Part shown: in pieces, positions 12,148-25,884 of the stretch
Numbering within the stretch: the first letter of the stretch is position 1
How the letters are laid out: the number at the start of each line of letters is the position of its first letter
Assembly (NCBI GenBank): GCA_012295275.1
Contig: CM022670.1
Span: 34,224,001 to 34,288,000 of the forward strand
Length of the DNA stretch: 64,000 bases
From: Chrysomallon squamiferum
Lineage: Eukaryota; Animalia; Mollusca
Direction of reading: 5' to 3'
Program-made: the position numbers and the translations under genes
Notes under the pieces: generated by a model
What the model was told of the DNA's origin: nothing
The model's input: only the letters and a program-made list of their open reading frames with translations
The model's database searches: none

Positions 12148-15100
12148 TATACTGAGTGATTAGTATATTCTTGCACTTATTCTTAAACCATAAAAGTAAT
12201 CATGAACTTTAAGGAAAGTCCTTCCATTCAACAATTTATTTTTGTTCTTTAAAATTTGAATTCAATATGTACATACATATGTACATACATTCTTTCTTTC
12301 TTTCTTTTTTCTTTTTTTTTTTTTTTTTAACAAACAAGTAAAAATAACTTAACACATACAGATGCTTTGCTCTGTTTTAATATTACCTTTCTGCTGTTCA
12401 AGTTGGCTCTGAAGTTCTGCTTCTCGCTTTCTCAACTCTACGATGATCTTGTCTTTCTCCTGACTCACTTTGTTAACAGCCTCGTTAAACTGAACCTGTG
12501 ATAAACAGCTGTATTAGTGCACTACACTGACACTTTCAGATTTGTATTCCTAAACATCTCAAGTGAAATTTCAGCTGAATACTTAGCTTAAGTGACAGAC
12601 TATCATTATTTCAACATTAACTGTTAACATTTCAAAAATGTGTATGTGACTTAAGTGAGAGGATTATAGGGAAACAATTATTATATCAACATTAATTATT
12701 AACATATCAAAAGTGTATACTTAAGCCTCTGGCTTTAAAAAGCAGTCATTATTTTAACATTAACTATTAACATTTGAAATCTGTGTGAAGAATTTTATTT
12801 ACTCAGGTGTGTTTAGTAACATTCAGTGTTTCTGTGAACAGAGGTTTACCTGTCTGTCAGCAGTTATGCTGGTTTTAACAATGCTGATGGTGTCATCCTT
12901 TTCACGATGCAGCCGCATGGTGAGATTTTCAATCTGTCTCTCATGTTGTTGTTCATGTTCCTTTAAAGCCTGCACAAGCAGAACACAATCTCATTCATTT
13001 TTATAAAAAGAATAAAACATGCTCTAGTTAAGTCACTTAAGGTTGACAAGCACAGAAACAGTCCTCAGATATTTTTTATTCTATGTTATTTGGGACATAT
13101 TTAAATACTATAGATAGATTTATTTCTGTTTATTCTGACAAAAAGAAAAATATACAGAAAATTACAGCCTGTTTATTCAAGCAAAATATAAAAATTACTC
13201 ACATTCGATTTACTCAGAAAAAAAAGAAAAAAAGTAGAAAATTACTCACAGTCTTGATCTGCTCAAGTGTTTCTGCTCTCAGTTTCTGTTCCACGTCTTT
13301 AAGAAGTGCTTTGTGCTCACTGAGAGTCAGCACTTCAACCATGTCAGTCTGTGTCTGACTGGTGGATGCTACAGGTCTTCCCTGCTCCTTTACCTGGCTC
13401 AGCAACTCCTCCTTCTCAGAATCAAACTTCTGCTGAGCTTGAAGAGCCTGGGATTCGTATTCTTTCTTCAGAGTTTCTTCAAGGTCTTTTAGTTCGCACT
13501 CCTTTTCAGTTTTCAGTTTATCAAACAACTCATCGATGGTGATCCTGTGTGCTTTTTCTAGCTCTGCCCTCAAGCCAGCTAGAGCTGCTTCTTTTTCTTC
13601 TGTCAAAGTATTCTGAAGTTTCTCACATTCTTCTCTCAGTTTTTCTTCAAATTCTGATTTATTCTTTTCACACTGCTCTTCATTTTTCCTCTGGAATTTG
13701 TCTTCCATTTCTGAAATCAATTTTGTTTCTTTTTCTTTGAACTCTTCCTGCAAAATCTGTTTTATCTCTTCCTTCTGTTCTAGAAACTTGCGGGTCAGAG
13801 ATTCGTTCATCTCCTCTTTCTCTGAAATGAGTTGCTTGATTTTTTCTTGAGCCTGTGACAACTTTTCTTCAGCTTGCTTGACCTCCTGTTCATACTGCTC
13901 CAACTGAGACTTGTACTCAGACCGCAGTTTGTCCATTTCCACTTCCAAACCCAGTGTGTGTTCTCGAATCAGCTGCTCCTTCTGCACACTGAAAGAAGAT
14001 TCCAGCTCTTCACATTTTTTTTGCATTTCTGTCTTTGTCAACTCTAAACTGTTGTGAGCTTCATCCAGTTCTTTCTGAATGTTAGACAGCTGACAGTTCA
14101 AATCTTTAATTTTGTCACCTTTGTTTTCAACATCACTGTTAAGCTTTGAAATTTCTTTTTCATTATCTGTTTTCAGCTTACATATACTCTCATTGTTTGT
14201 TGAAAGTAAATGTTCATGGAATCTGGTTGTGGCTGTTATGATGTCATTATGAGCTGCATTCAGACAGTCAAAGAACATTTTGCGTTCCTCACTGACAGAT
14301 TCCTTCAGTGAAGTCAAACTGCCATGCAGTAGTGGCAGATCTTGTTCAAGCTTCTGCCAAAGACTTTTCATGTGCACTCTAGTTGTGGACAGTTTCTGCT
14401 GACTTTCAGCCAGTTCTTGTTCCAGTCTTAAAATAGTGTTGGTCTTGGCTAAGAGCTGTTCGCTCACTGAAGGCTTGTCCTTCTCACTATGCTTGTTGGG
14501 AGGAGACTCGGTCATTGATGAAGGTAATGACTCATCAAAGTAGAAATCTGCTGTCTGAAATTCTTGAGAAGTTTCCATATCAGGTGAGGTGTCCGAGGTC
14601 AGATGACTTTTCTTGTGATATCTCTTAGACACTGAACTGTCCTGACTCCTGTCTCCTGCTGCTAGATCACTTTCCACAGACTTTGCTGGCTCTCCTGATG
14701 ACTGAAGAGCATCTGAGTGATCTGATGCTTTGGCTGTTATCTGACTCTGTGATGACTGCCCGTCTTTCTTTTCTGCTTTTGGAACGTCAACCTTCCCTTC
14801 ACCGACAACAGTGCTGGTTTTAATGGCATTTTTCTCTTCTTCGCTTTTAGCATGGACTTCAGTGCTCATTTCTTGAGTAAGAGTTTCTGAAAGACTTTGG
14901 GGTATGGGGAAATTGGTTTTCTCAGATGTCACTATGACCTGCGGTTTTATTGTGATGTCTGTGTTAGGACTGCATGCTGCCATTTCTTCAACGAGAGACA
15001 CGTTACCATTATCAACGTGCACAAACTGATTGTCACAGTCACTCTGTATGATGTCAATCTCTGACGTAGCTGCTGACGATGCAGCTGTCAGAGGACGACT

Positions 15101-16045
15101 GCTAATCTTGGCATCACAGTGAACAGTACTGTCGCTGATGGATGCCACTACTGTTTGAAGCATCAGGTGTTCTGGTACAGGCTCAGCTTCAGGAACTCTG
15201 TAAAAAAAAGTAATAATAATAATAATAATAAAAACAAAATTATTAATTTTTCAAATATAAAATTAAAAATACAGATAGAAAATAAATGTACAACACACCC
15301 AATCAATGAATTGGTTTCTTTTAGTTTGCTGACTGAAGTATATTTCTTAATTATGATTGTGAAACATCAGGTAGAAAGATATTCATTACTAATAAAAGTA
15401 ATATCAATATTTTGTGTCTAAAAGTTAACAATGGCTAACGAAAGTTATGTCATTTTCTCTCACTTATCTAACTTTCATCTAACAGCTAACCAACAATAAA
15501 ATCACATAATTTAAATATTAATGCACACTCAAAGTTTTGTTTTGCGTCAGTAAATGACTTAAGACTTCAGAAATAAAATAGGAGACTTAATAAAACATTA
15601 AATTCACAATTTGAGCTTCACAATCATGTTAAGATTAATTTTTAAACAATTAAACCAATGTAATACAAGCTTATACACTGAAATTAATTAATTATTAAAT
15701 AAAACATTAAATTCACTGTTAAAGAGTCACAATAATGTTAAGATTAATTTTAAAATAAGTAGACCACTGTAATAAAACGTTATAATAACTCATTATCAAA
15801 TAAATACTGAACTGCATTGTATGAAAATTTAGTAAATTACAAGTATACATCTTCGCATGTGAAGTGGATGTTAAAGAAATGTTTAAGAAACCAAATATGT
15901 GATTAGATGCTGTACCTGAATAACGTGGAAAGCTCTGGAACAGCATTTTTCAACCACTGAATGTCTTCAACTGTGATTTCTGGCAGATACTGATCAAAAT
16001 CTGCTGGTGGCTCAGTCTGAATATGAGTGGGAAAAACAAATTTTA

Positions 16046-16076
<31 letters not shown>

Positions 16077-17453
16077 TTTTTCAACTGAAAACAGCTATTA
16101 TGATATTAAGTTCTAAATGGAGGAAGAAATGTTGAAAATGTTTTAAAATATTTTTAATATTATAAAACCAGTTTTGTTATTAATCATTGTAATAGAATAC
16201 TGATGGCCAAGAATAAACTGGCACTTTCAAATGTCAGCCATTGTAATATATAGATAGAATAGTGCAGTGCTGCTTGCTTGCTGGTAAAAGATTTTGATGA
16301 AGAATGATAAGAAGGTTTGGTGACATTTTCAAAGTAATTCAAGAACCTAAAGGAGTTAGTCTGTTAAAACCAAAGCAAACCAAAGCAAATTAAATCAAGG
16401 GCTTACTAAATTCAACTTTACAACACACTTTCTATGCCACAAAATATGACATCATGATTTTGTAATAATGTAACATTGATACTAAAATTTCTTATATTTT
16501 CAATTAAAAGAAACTTTATTTTTATTACTAACTGCAAAAAAGGGTGGTGTGTCTTCAAATCCATGGAACAATGACTGAAGAAAATGTTTCCCTGAAACGA
16601 AAATTGACATAATTTTATTTACATGTAAAATATGATATAGTAAGAGAAAATGATAACAGTTTATACAATTATTCTTAGAACAAATGTAGAAAATTATAAC
16701 AAATATGATATACAAATTTAAATTTTCCAGAAATGTCATTTTACTGTATAAGTAATAAAGAAGTGCATTATCAAAGATGATTTTCCAGATGTGTTTATTT
16801 TCAAGAGTTGAAAGTCACAGCTAAAATTGAGAAATGATGCAACTAACCTATCTCAATTACAAAAGCTTGTCTTCTCTTGGTTTCTTTGTTGTGAAGCAGA
16901 CTGGATTCTTTTGCCAAAGCAGTTGCCCACTATAATTTAATAATGATAAATTAGAAAATAAAAAAGCCACTAACAATTGTGAAATAAGAAGAAATAAATT
17001 AATAATTTCCCAAAATAATGAAAATTAAAACAGAAAAGCAAGGTTAAGATGGGTGTTTGCCTTCTTTTTTTTATTTCTTTTTTTTAATTAACTTAATTAT
17101 TTTTTAATTTCTTTCGGTTTGTTGGGTTTTTCTGTTCTTTGTATTCATGATAAAATGATTTAGTAGGGATAAAAAGAAATAAGATAAAAAGCATCTTTAT
17201 ACTATTAAAAACTGGGAACAGAAATACCTCAACAAATATTTCACAAAAACATTATCTTTCTGTTATTAGTAATAAACAGGCCTCCACAAATTCAAATACT
17301 GTACTTGAAGCAAAACTGTATGTTTATTTTTGAGTGCATAAAAAAGCAGCACTGTTAGGACAGATTATTCAACTGAAAATGGGTTAATATTCAAAAGAAT
17401 TTAGCTTAACCAATGCAGAAATAAAAATAGTGTTCTTGCAGTCTGTACAGTTT

Positions 17454-17511
<58 letters not shown>

Positions 17512-20500
17512 TACAATATGTCCTGAAGCACACATTATTATTTGTATATTTAATTAACCTAGAATTTTACCTTTGTAACAAATAATTTTAATTCTTTATT
17601 ACTATTTATATAAAAAATATTACCTTCAAAAACTGGGCTGAGAATTTTCTTCTTCTAACAACTTCGACAATAAGTTCTGCATAGATGTTTGGTGCATCCT
17701 GGATCTGTCGCAGAATGTCCAGCCTTTTGTGCAGTCTCTTCAGATTGTCGTGATAGATCATTAGTTTCCCATCAATATCACAGATTTTCTTCTCAACAAA
17801 CATAACCCACCTAAAGGAAAACAGCCACTGAATTATCACAAAAAAGAAGGAAGTGGGGATATTAATTTTGTATTTTCCACAACGAAATGCATTATGTTCT
17901 AGACAAACAAAAATATTGCAGTTCTGAGTTGAAATTTGTAGCACAAAATGGATGAGATGAGAGATCAAATAAATTAAGAGCAAATAGTATTTTATCAATG
18001 ATTCGGGTTTTCAAAAATACATCTTAACATCAAACATTCATGGAAAGAAGAAAGGATTGAAAATACATCAGAGTGCCTTGATGCTAATTTAAATTACTGA
18101 ATGTCTTACTGGACAATTTTGATTAAATAAAAAAATAATATCTTTCTTAAAAAAGTCTTTACAGTAATTTCAATACCGGAGTCGTGTGTGCAGATTCACA
18201 GACAATTCCTCCTTGGCCATGCGACACTTCTTCTTGATTTCTCTCAGTTTCTTGTGGTTGTTCAACATCACTTGCAGCTGTTTCTTGTGGCTATCACAGA
18301 GATCAGGCAGAATAGATTTGTCTCGCAAGTTGCTAAGTCGACTTTGGTTCTGGATAAAACCCTGAAAAAAACATACAAAAGAAATAAAAAGTTAGGCATC
18401 TTTTCTGACAAAATTTCTTAGAATCAACTTGCACATTTATATGCTATACAATGCCCCTAAAACCAACATTGTCAGTTATAATGATGATGTATGTATCAAT
18501 ATAACACAAAAATCGTCTTTTATTTCATAATTTTATCCATTAAGACAGCTGAAGAGCTAATTTCTCACTTCTAAATTATTTTTCACCTAACAAACTACAT
18601 CTATTAGTTTCAAAAATTTAACTGAATCTAAAAAAAATGTTAAAGTTTGTAAATATAAAAATATGTTAAATTTTGTACCGTAGCCATTTCAATTTGTTCT
18701 TTGACAATTTTTTTGGCTCCGCTCATGAACTGGTCAAGACCATACAACCTGTCTTCAAGACCCTTGACCTCTTTCATGCTTGGATTGTTGACAGCTTCCA
18801 CAGTCTGTTGAACCTCAGTTTTCAATGTTTCAAGTACTTTATCATCAAACTATTTACAACAACAAAAGTTTTAAAGTTAAATATAAAAAAAGACTGTTAC
18901 AAATAAAGCATTCATAATTAAAAAAAAAAATTGACGTTTTATTATAAATATCATATAAAAATTCCCCAATTGAAATATTTCTACAAATTCACATCTTTAT
19001 TATATTTCAAATTGTATTTTCACATATATTATATTATACAGTCATCTGGTATTTAATTAATCATGTAATTTCAGAAATATTTACTTAATGTTCCAAAGAC
19101 CACTGTTTTGCTTTGTACTGTATTATTATTTTTGTTACATTAATTCAACATACTATGCTATATTAAATACTGTATTACAACAGTTACATCAGTTTGTTTT
19201 TAAATTAATTAATAATAAAGGTAGACGTAATAGTAGCAGTAATAATAATAATAGCTGTACATATAATAGCAGTAGCAATAGTAGTATTAGTAGTAGTAGC
19301 AGAAATAGTAGTGGTTATTGTAGCAGTAGTACTAGCAGTAGTAATAAAAAAAATTACATTATAATTATAATAATTAAAAGTATAATAAAAAATAATTGTA
19401 ACAATTATAATAATAGAACTGTAATGAAAAAAATACAAGTACAATAATAATTATAATAATAATAATAATAATAACCAAATGAAGCATACTCTTTGAAATA
19501 CTTATAATATCACTATTAATATTAAAAATATAAACTATTAATAAGAATATAAACTGTTATTAAGAATATAAACTATTATTAACAAAATAAACTATTATTA
19601 AGAATATACACTATTATTAAAAAAATAAACTATTAATAAGAATATACACTACTATTAACAAAATAAACTATTATTAAGACTATAAACTGTTATTAAGAAT
19701 ATAAACTATTATTAAGAATATAAACTATTATTAACAAAATAAACTATTATTAACAAAATAAACTATTATTAAGAATATACACTACTATTAACAAAATAAA
19801 CTATTAATAAGAATATACACTACTATTAACAAAATAAACTATTATTACAAATATACACTATTATTAAGAAAACAAACCACTGTTAAGAATATACACTATT
19901 ATTAAGAAAACAAACCACTGTTAAGAATATACACTATTATTAAGAAAAGAAACCACTGTTAAGACTATCTACCTGTTCTGTAGCTCGCACACACTGCTCC
20001 ACCATCTCACCGAGGCTGTGGTGAGGATCCTGTGAACTGATCCACTCAAACAGACTTGTCATCTGACTGCTTCCATCTGACACCAGGTCAGCTTCTGTGC
20101 CTCCAGTGGCTGCTATCGGAACAGAGGGTATGTGACTAGAAGGATCCTTCAAGCAGTCTAACAATGGGATCTTGGACAGTAGAACTAGTGATTCACTTAT
20201 GCTGTGAAAAATATAAATAAATAAACTTTTAAAATTCTTAATATATATATATATATATATAAAATTTTGATAAAGTATATAGACAGACAGATAGATAAAC
20301 AAAGAGAGAGAGAGAGAGACAAGCAGAAGCAGATAGGTTGATAGATACAGACAGATACACAGATAGATACATATACAGATACAGACAGAGACATAGACAT
20401 AGACATAGACATAGATATAGATAAAGATAGACACAAAATCAGATACAGATATATATATATATAGATACACATATAGATAGATAATTTGATTAAATTATTT

Positions 20501-23500
20501 TACATTTCATTTTAAAATAAACAGATAAATGAAACGATATGTCAATATTAATAATTTATTAGAAATTTGACAATATTAACTATGTAATAATGAAGAAGAA
20601 CATTTTAAAATAATTTTACACAGATACTGTTGTATACCAACAGTAGTGGAAAGAGGAACATCTGAGAAAATTTAATGTTAAAAAATGTAAAGTAGTATTT
20701 TTAAATTTACTTTTGAAGTGTTGTCATATACTGTGGTCTTTCACTGAGGTAACTGCCATACGATTCCTGAAATAATTCACACCTATGCCTCAGAGCACTG
20801 AAATAATTAATATCAATAAATAATAATAATTATTATTATTATATATAACAAACACATATGATTTCAATACCTCATTAATTAATTGTGATGTTCAGCATAA
20901 ATATCAGTTTATATATACTGTGTGTTTATATATAAAAAGTACAAAATTAGGAATTTTCAGTCATAAAAGCCTTTATATATAATCTTGAACTCAAATATTT
21001 AACAAAAGAAATCTGCAATACAAAATAAATAAATAATAGTAATAATAATATAATATTATTATTAATAATAATATCTACAAATAATCCTTATATAGATTCA
21101 CACTCACATAATTTGTTTAGTTTGAATAACAGTGAATAGAATTAATGCCTAGCATGTCAAAATGCTCAAAAAACTGTCAATATTGTTAAGTACTGATAGA
21201 GCTCATTTATTTGATCATATTTCTTCTTAAACATATAAAAACCAAACAGTGCTAGGTCCAAGCAAACGCTTCAGTTTGGAGAGACGTTCGATTTGTTAAG
21301 GTTTTACATATAATTACTGGAGAAAAAAACAGAACAACTGAAGTTTTCAGTGTTAGGGTCTGGTTGTGATGTTTCAATACAGTTCTGGGGGAGAATTCTG
21401 ATTTAGTAAGGTTTTGTTATGATAAATTTCAATATGTAGAATTTAGACATTGACAGAAATATTTCTCTGATAGTAAGTGCTTACTGATCACCATATGTTT
21501 TCAAATTACAAACTCTGGGTGTTACTTACTTTGTGCATAAGCTCTGACTGTGTGTTTATGTGTTTGTTACTTTGTTCACAAGCTCTGAGTGTGTTTATGT
21601 GTTATTTACTTTGTTCACCAGCTCTGAGTATGTCTGTATGTGTTATTTACTTTGTTCACAAGCTCTGGGTATGTCTGTATGTGTTACTTACTTTGTTCAC
21701 AAGCTCTGAGTATGTCTGTATGTGTTATTTACTTTGTTCACAAGCTCTGAGTATGTCTGTATGTGTTACTTACTTTGTTCACAAGCTCTGAGTATGTCTG
21801 TATGTGTTACTTACTTTGTTCACAAGCTCTGAGTATGTCTGTATGTGTTACTTACTTTGTTCACAAGCTCTGAGTATGTCTGTATGTGTTACTTACTTTG
21901 TTCACAAGCTCTGAGTATGTCTGTATGTGTTATTTACTTTGTTCACAAGCTCTGAGTATGTCTGTATGTGTTTGTTACTTTGTTCACAAGCTCTGAGTAT
22001 GTCTGTATGTGTTTGTTACTTTGTTCACAAGCTCTGAGTGTGTTTATGTGTTTTTACTTTGTTCACAAGCTCTGAGTATGTCTGTATGTGTTACTTACTT
22101 TGTGCACAAGCTCTGTATGTCTGTTTTTTACTTTGTTCACAAGCTCTGAGTATGTCTGTATGTGTTATTTACTTTGTTTCAAGCTCTCAGCTTACTTTGT
22201 TCACAAGCTCTGAGTATGTCTGTATGTGTATGTCTGTATGTGTATTGTTTACTTTGTTCACAAGCTCTGAGTATGTCTGTATGTGTTACTTACTTTGTTC
22301 ACAAGCTCTGAGTATGTCTGTATGTGTTTGTTACTTTGTTCACAAGCTCTGTGTATGTCTGTATGTGTTTGTTACTTTGTTCACAAGCTCTGAGTGTGTT
22401 TATGTGTTTTTACTTTGTTCACAAGCTCTGAGTATGTCTGTATGTGTTATTTACTTTGTTCACAAGCTCTGGGTATGTCTGTATGTGTTACTTACTTTGT
22501 TCACAAGCTCTGAGTATGTCTGTATGTGTTTGTTTGTTGTCTGTATGTCTGTATGTGTTACTTACTTTGTTCACAAGCTCTGAGTGTGTTTATGTGTTTT
22601 TTACTTTGTTCACAAGCTCTGAGTATGTCTATATGTACTTACTTTGTGTGTTTTTATGTCTGTACTTTGTTCACTAGCTCTGAGTATGTCTGTATGTGTT
22701 ACTTACTTTGTTCACAAGCTCTGGATATGTCTGTATGTGTTTGTTACTTTGTTCACAAGCTCTGAGTATGTCTGTATGTGTTACTTACTTTGTGATGTCC
22801 TCAAGGTTAGCCACAACAGCTGCCCATCCTTGTTGTTGTAGATGTTGATCATGGACAAGTCTTTCACAGGCCTTCATTTCTTCATCATCCACATCACGAA
22901 TTTGCTACAACACAAGATTGTTAAACAAATGTCACTCCTCCGTGATAAAAACAGATAGCAAATGTATGTATGTATGTATGTATGTATGTATGTATTATGT
23001 ATTATGTATTATGTATGTATGTATGTATGTATGTATGTATGTATGTATGTATGTATGTATGCATGCATAATGTGACCTAAAATATTTTCATTGTTTTTTA
23101 AATACTGTTATACTAAAAAAATAAAATTAATGATTTTCAACTGGACAAATTGCAGTTAACACAATATGCAAAACTATAAAAATTAAAAATTTAAAAAAAA
23201 ATTATCTTCTTAATTAATGCAGTCAATTATTATTATTACTATATTTTTTATATTATTATCATTAACCTTTTTTTTTTAACTCTTTTCATTTATTATATAT
23301 ACAAAATCTTAATTAGATGATCTTGAAGATGTCCAATTATAAATTAAATTTAAATCTCTAACAAAATAGATGTGTTGCTCTAGTTATATAAGACATGGCA
23401 TCTTCACTACAAATCCTACATTCACACCCTGTACCCAGTAATTACTTAAGCAGATTTAAACAATGACTTGAGCTAAGCATCATAATAGGCAGATGATATC

Positions 23501-24023
23501 TAGACATTATACTACAAGTACAAAAACTGGATACACAAGAGAATCTGTTATAAACTGTGTCTGAGAGATGTCAAAGTCGTCTGTGAAGATACTAAAGAAG
23601 TTAAACTGAGAATGGAAAACTTACCACTGCTAACTGTGTTCTGGAAACCACAGTTTCATATGCTGGTGGCATCATCAAAGACCCATCCACCTGGCTCTGT
23701 AAATCTACATCTGAAAACAAGCATAAAAACATCTCAGACAATTACCTAAGTATTACAGAACTGGAACTGAAAGCATATTTAAACAATTTCTTGTAATGTT
23801 TATTATATGCAGTGTATTTAATTTATTTAAAAATACCCATCCACCAAAAATGCAACCAAACCCTACATTAAAAGTGCAGTTTGCATTGAAATAATTTTAA
23901 AAACATAAATAAAATAATAACAATAAAATAAAATAAAACAAAATATAATATAAAAATCCAAATATATAATATTAATATATATATTAATATAAATTTTTTT
24001 TAAAGTAAATAAATAAATATATA

Positions 24024-24087
<64 letters not shown>

Positions 24088-25852
24088 GCAATAGCAATAA
24101 CAGTAATAGAAAGTATTAAAAAACAGAAAATAATCATGCTCAAAGAATAAGAATTTAAGCAAAATTAATGTGTGATGCTGTACCATACACTAAATATACT
24201 GCAATATATTCTGAAGACCTTCAGTGATCTAAACTGCACAATATGTCTTTCTCGTACTTAGTATTTTAAACATCAAATAAGTAATTAATTTTAAAGCAAC
24301 AGCAGACATAAATACTTTTTGTACTGGGAAAACAAAACTCGGAGGAAATCCTATTAATTTTTAAATTAAAGTGAAATTAAGGTCAGGATGTTAAAGCTTT
24401 CACTATATTCTGAGATCCATCCCTGACAATGTGCCATTAAATTATATGACAATCTAACCACTGACCTATAACCGTAACATCAAAAATTATGACTTAAAAG
24501 AGAACATAGAACAAATTTCTTCTGCTCCAAAGGAAGAAAAAACAAAACAACTGGAAAAAAATGTCCTTTCAAGATCACATATCAGAAAGAATATCTAAAA
24601 ACTGTTGACAAAACATTTAATATCTGTGCTGTGCAGGTCGATAGTACAACTGAATTAAATAAAAAATATCCTAAACTATATATAATTAAAATACAATGGA
24701 AAATGTTAACAATGTTAAAATTAAAAAAAAAAAAAAAATCAAAAAAAAAATCATACATCTGAATGTCTACACTGTGAATCATGACTACAGAAAAATCAGT
24801 CTGAATCTATTAACAATAAACAAGTGACAATAATTAAATTATAATTTTCTGGGAATACATAGTGAAAGACAACAAGTACACATCAACTTTGGATCAATGC
24901 AATTTTAAAAGGTAGTAGAAGAAATAACATTAATTTTTCAATAATTCTATTCAACTGATTTATTCCTGAAACCCCCATGAGGGTTAACACGTATTTTTTA
25001 TGTAAAATTCAAATAAGCAAGTAAGGAAAACGAACCAGTTCAATATTTCAGTGGATCAACAAAGAAATATGTAACAAATTAATATCTTAGTTATAGTTTA
25101 TTTCACACAGAACAGCTGTGACCATGTAATCAATAACTTGTTTATTGTTTTGTTACTGGTATAGCATGTCTAAAATAACGTTTTTATGTCGATTTGTTTT
25201 CCTGGGTCATTTTTATGTTTTGTTTTCATTTCTAAAACTGAATAATTATTGTTAACAAGCTCTTTTTGTTTTAATTTTTGTAAATATTTCTTTATATTTG
25301 TAATGATAAATTGTTTTTCATTACTTTTATTTTTTTTTTATTTAAATTTTTAAATATATTTTTAAACAGTTTTATTAATGAATTATTCATTTTATATATT
25401 ACTTATTTTTAAACAGTTTTATTAATTAATTATACATTTCATATATTACTTATTTTTAAACAGTTTTATTAATTAATTATACATTTCATATATTACTTAT
25501 TTTTAAACAGTTTTATTAATTAATTATACATTTCATATATTACTTATTTTTTTCAGTTTTATTAATTAATTATACATTTTATATATTACTTATTTTTAAA
25601 CAGTTTTATTAATTAATTATACATTTTATAATATTACTTAATTTTAAACAGTTTTATTAATTAATTATATATTTCATATATTACTTATTTTTAAACAGTT
25701 TTATTAATTAATTACACATTTTATATATTACTTAATTTTATAACTTTTATAATTACAGAACTAGTGATGATCTTTGTCTTTTTTCTTTCTTTCTTTCTTT
25801 CTTTCTTTTACTTTTTGGGGTGCTGGGAATTCAGAAGATATTTGTAACTTTT

Positions 25853-25884
<32 letters not shown>

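Noticed and set aside
21477-22841. Cys-rich ORFs and CRISPR-like periodicity in the 41-bp array
   Set aside because: The units are head-to-tail with no unique spacers and no cas genes, inside a eukaryotic intron. The ORFs are translations of the repeat.
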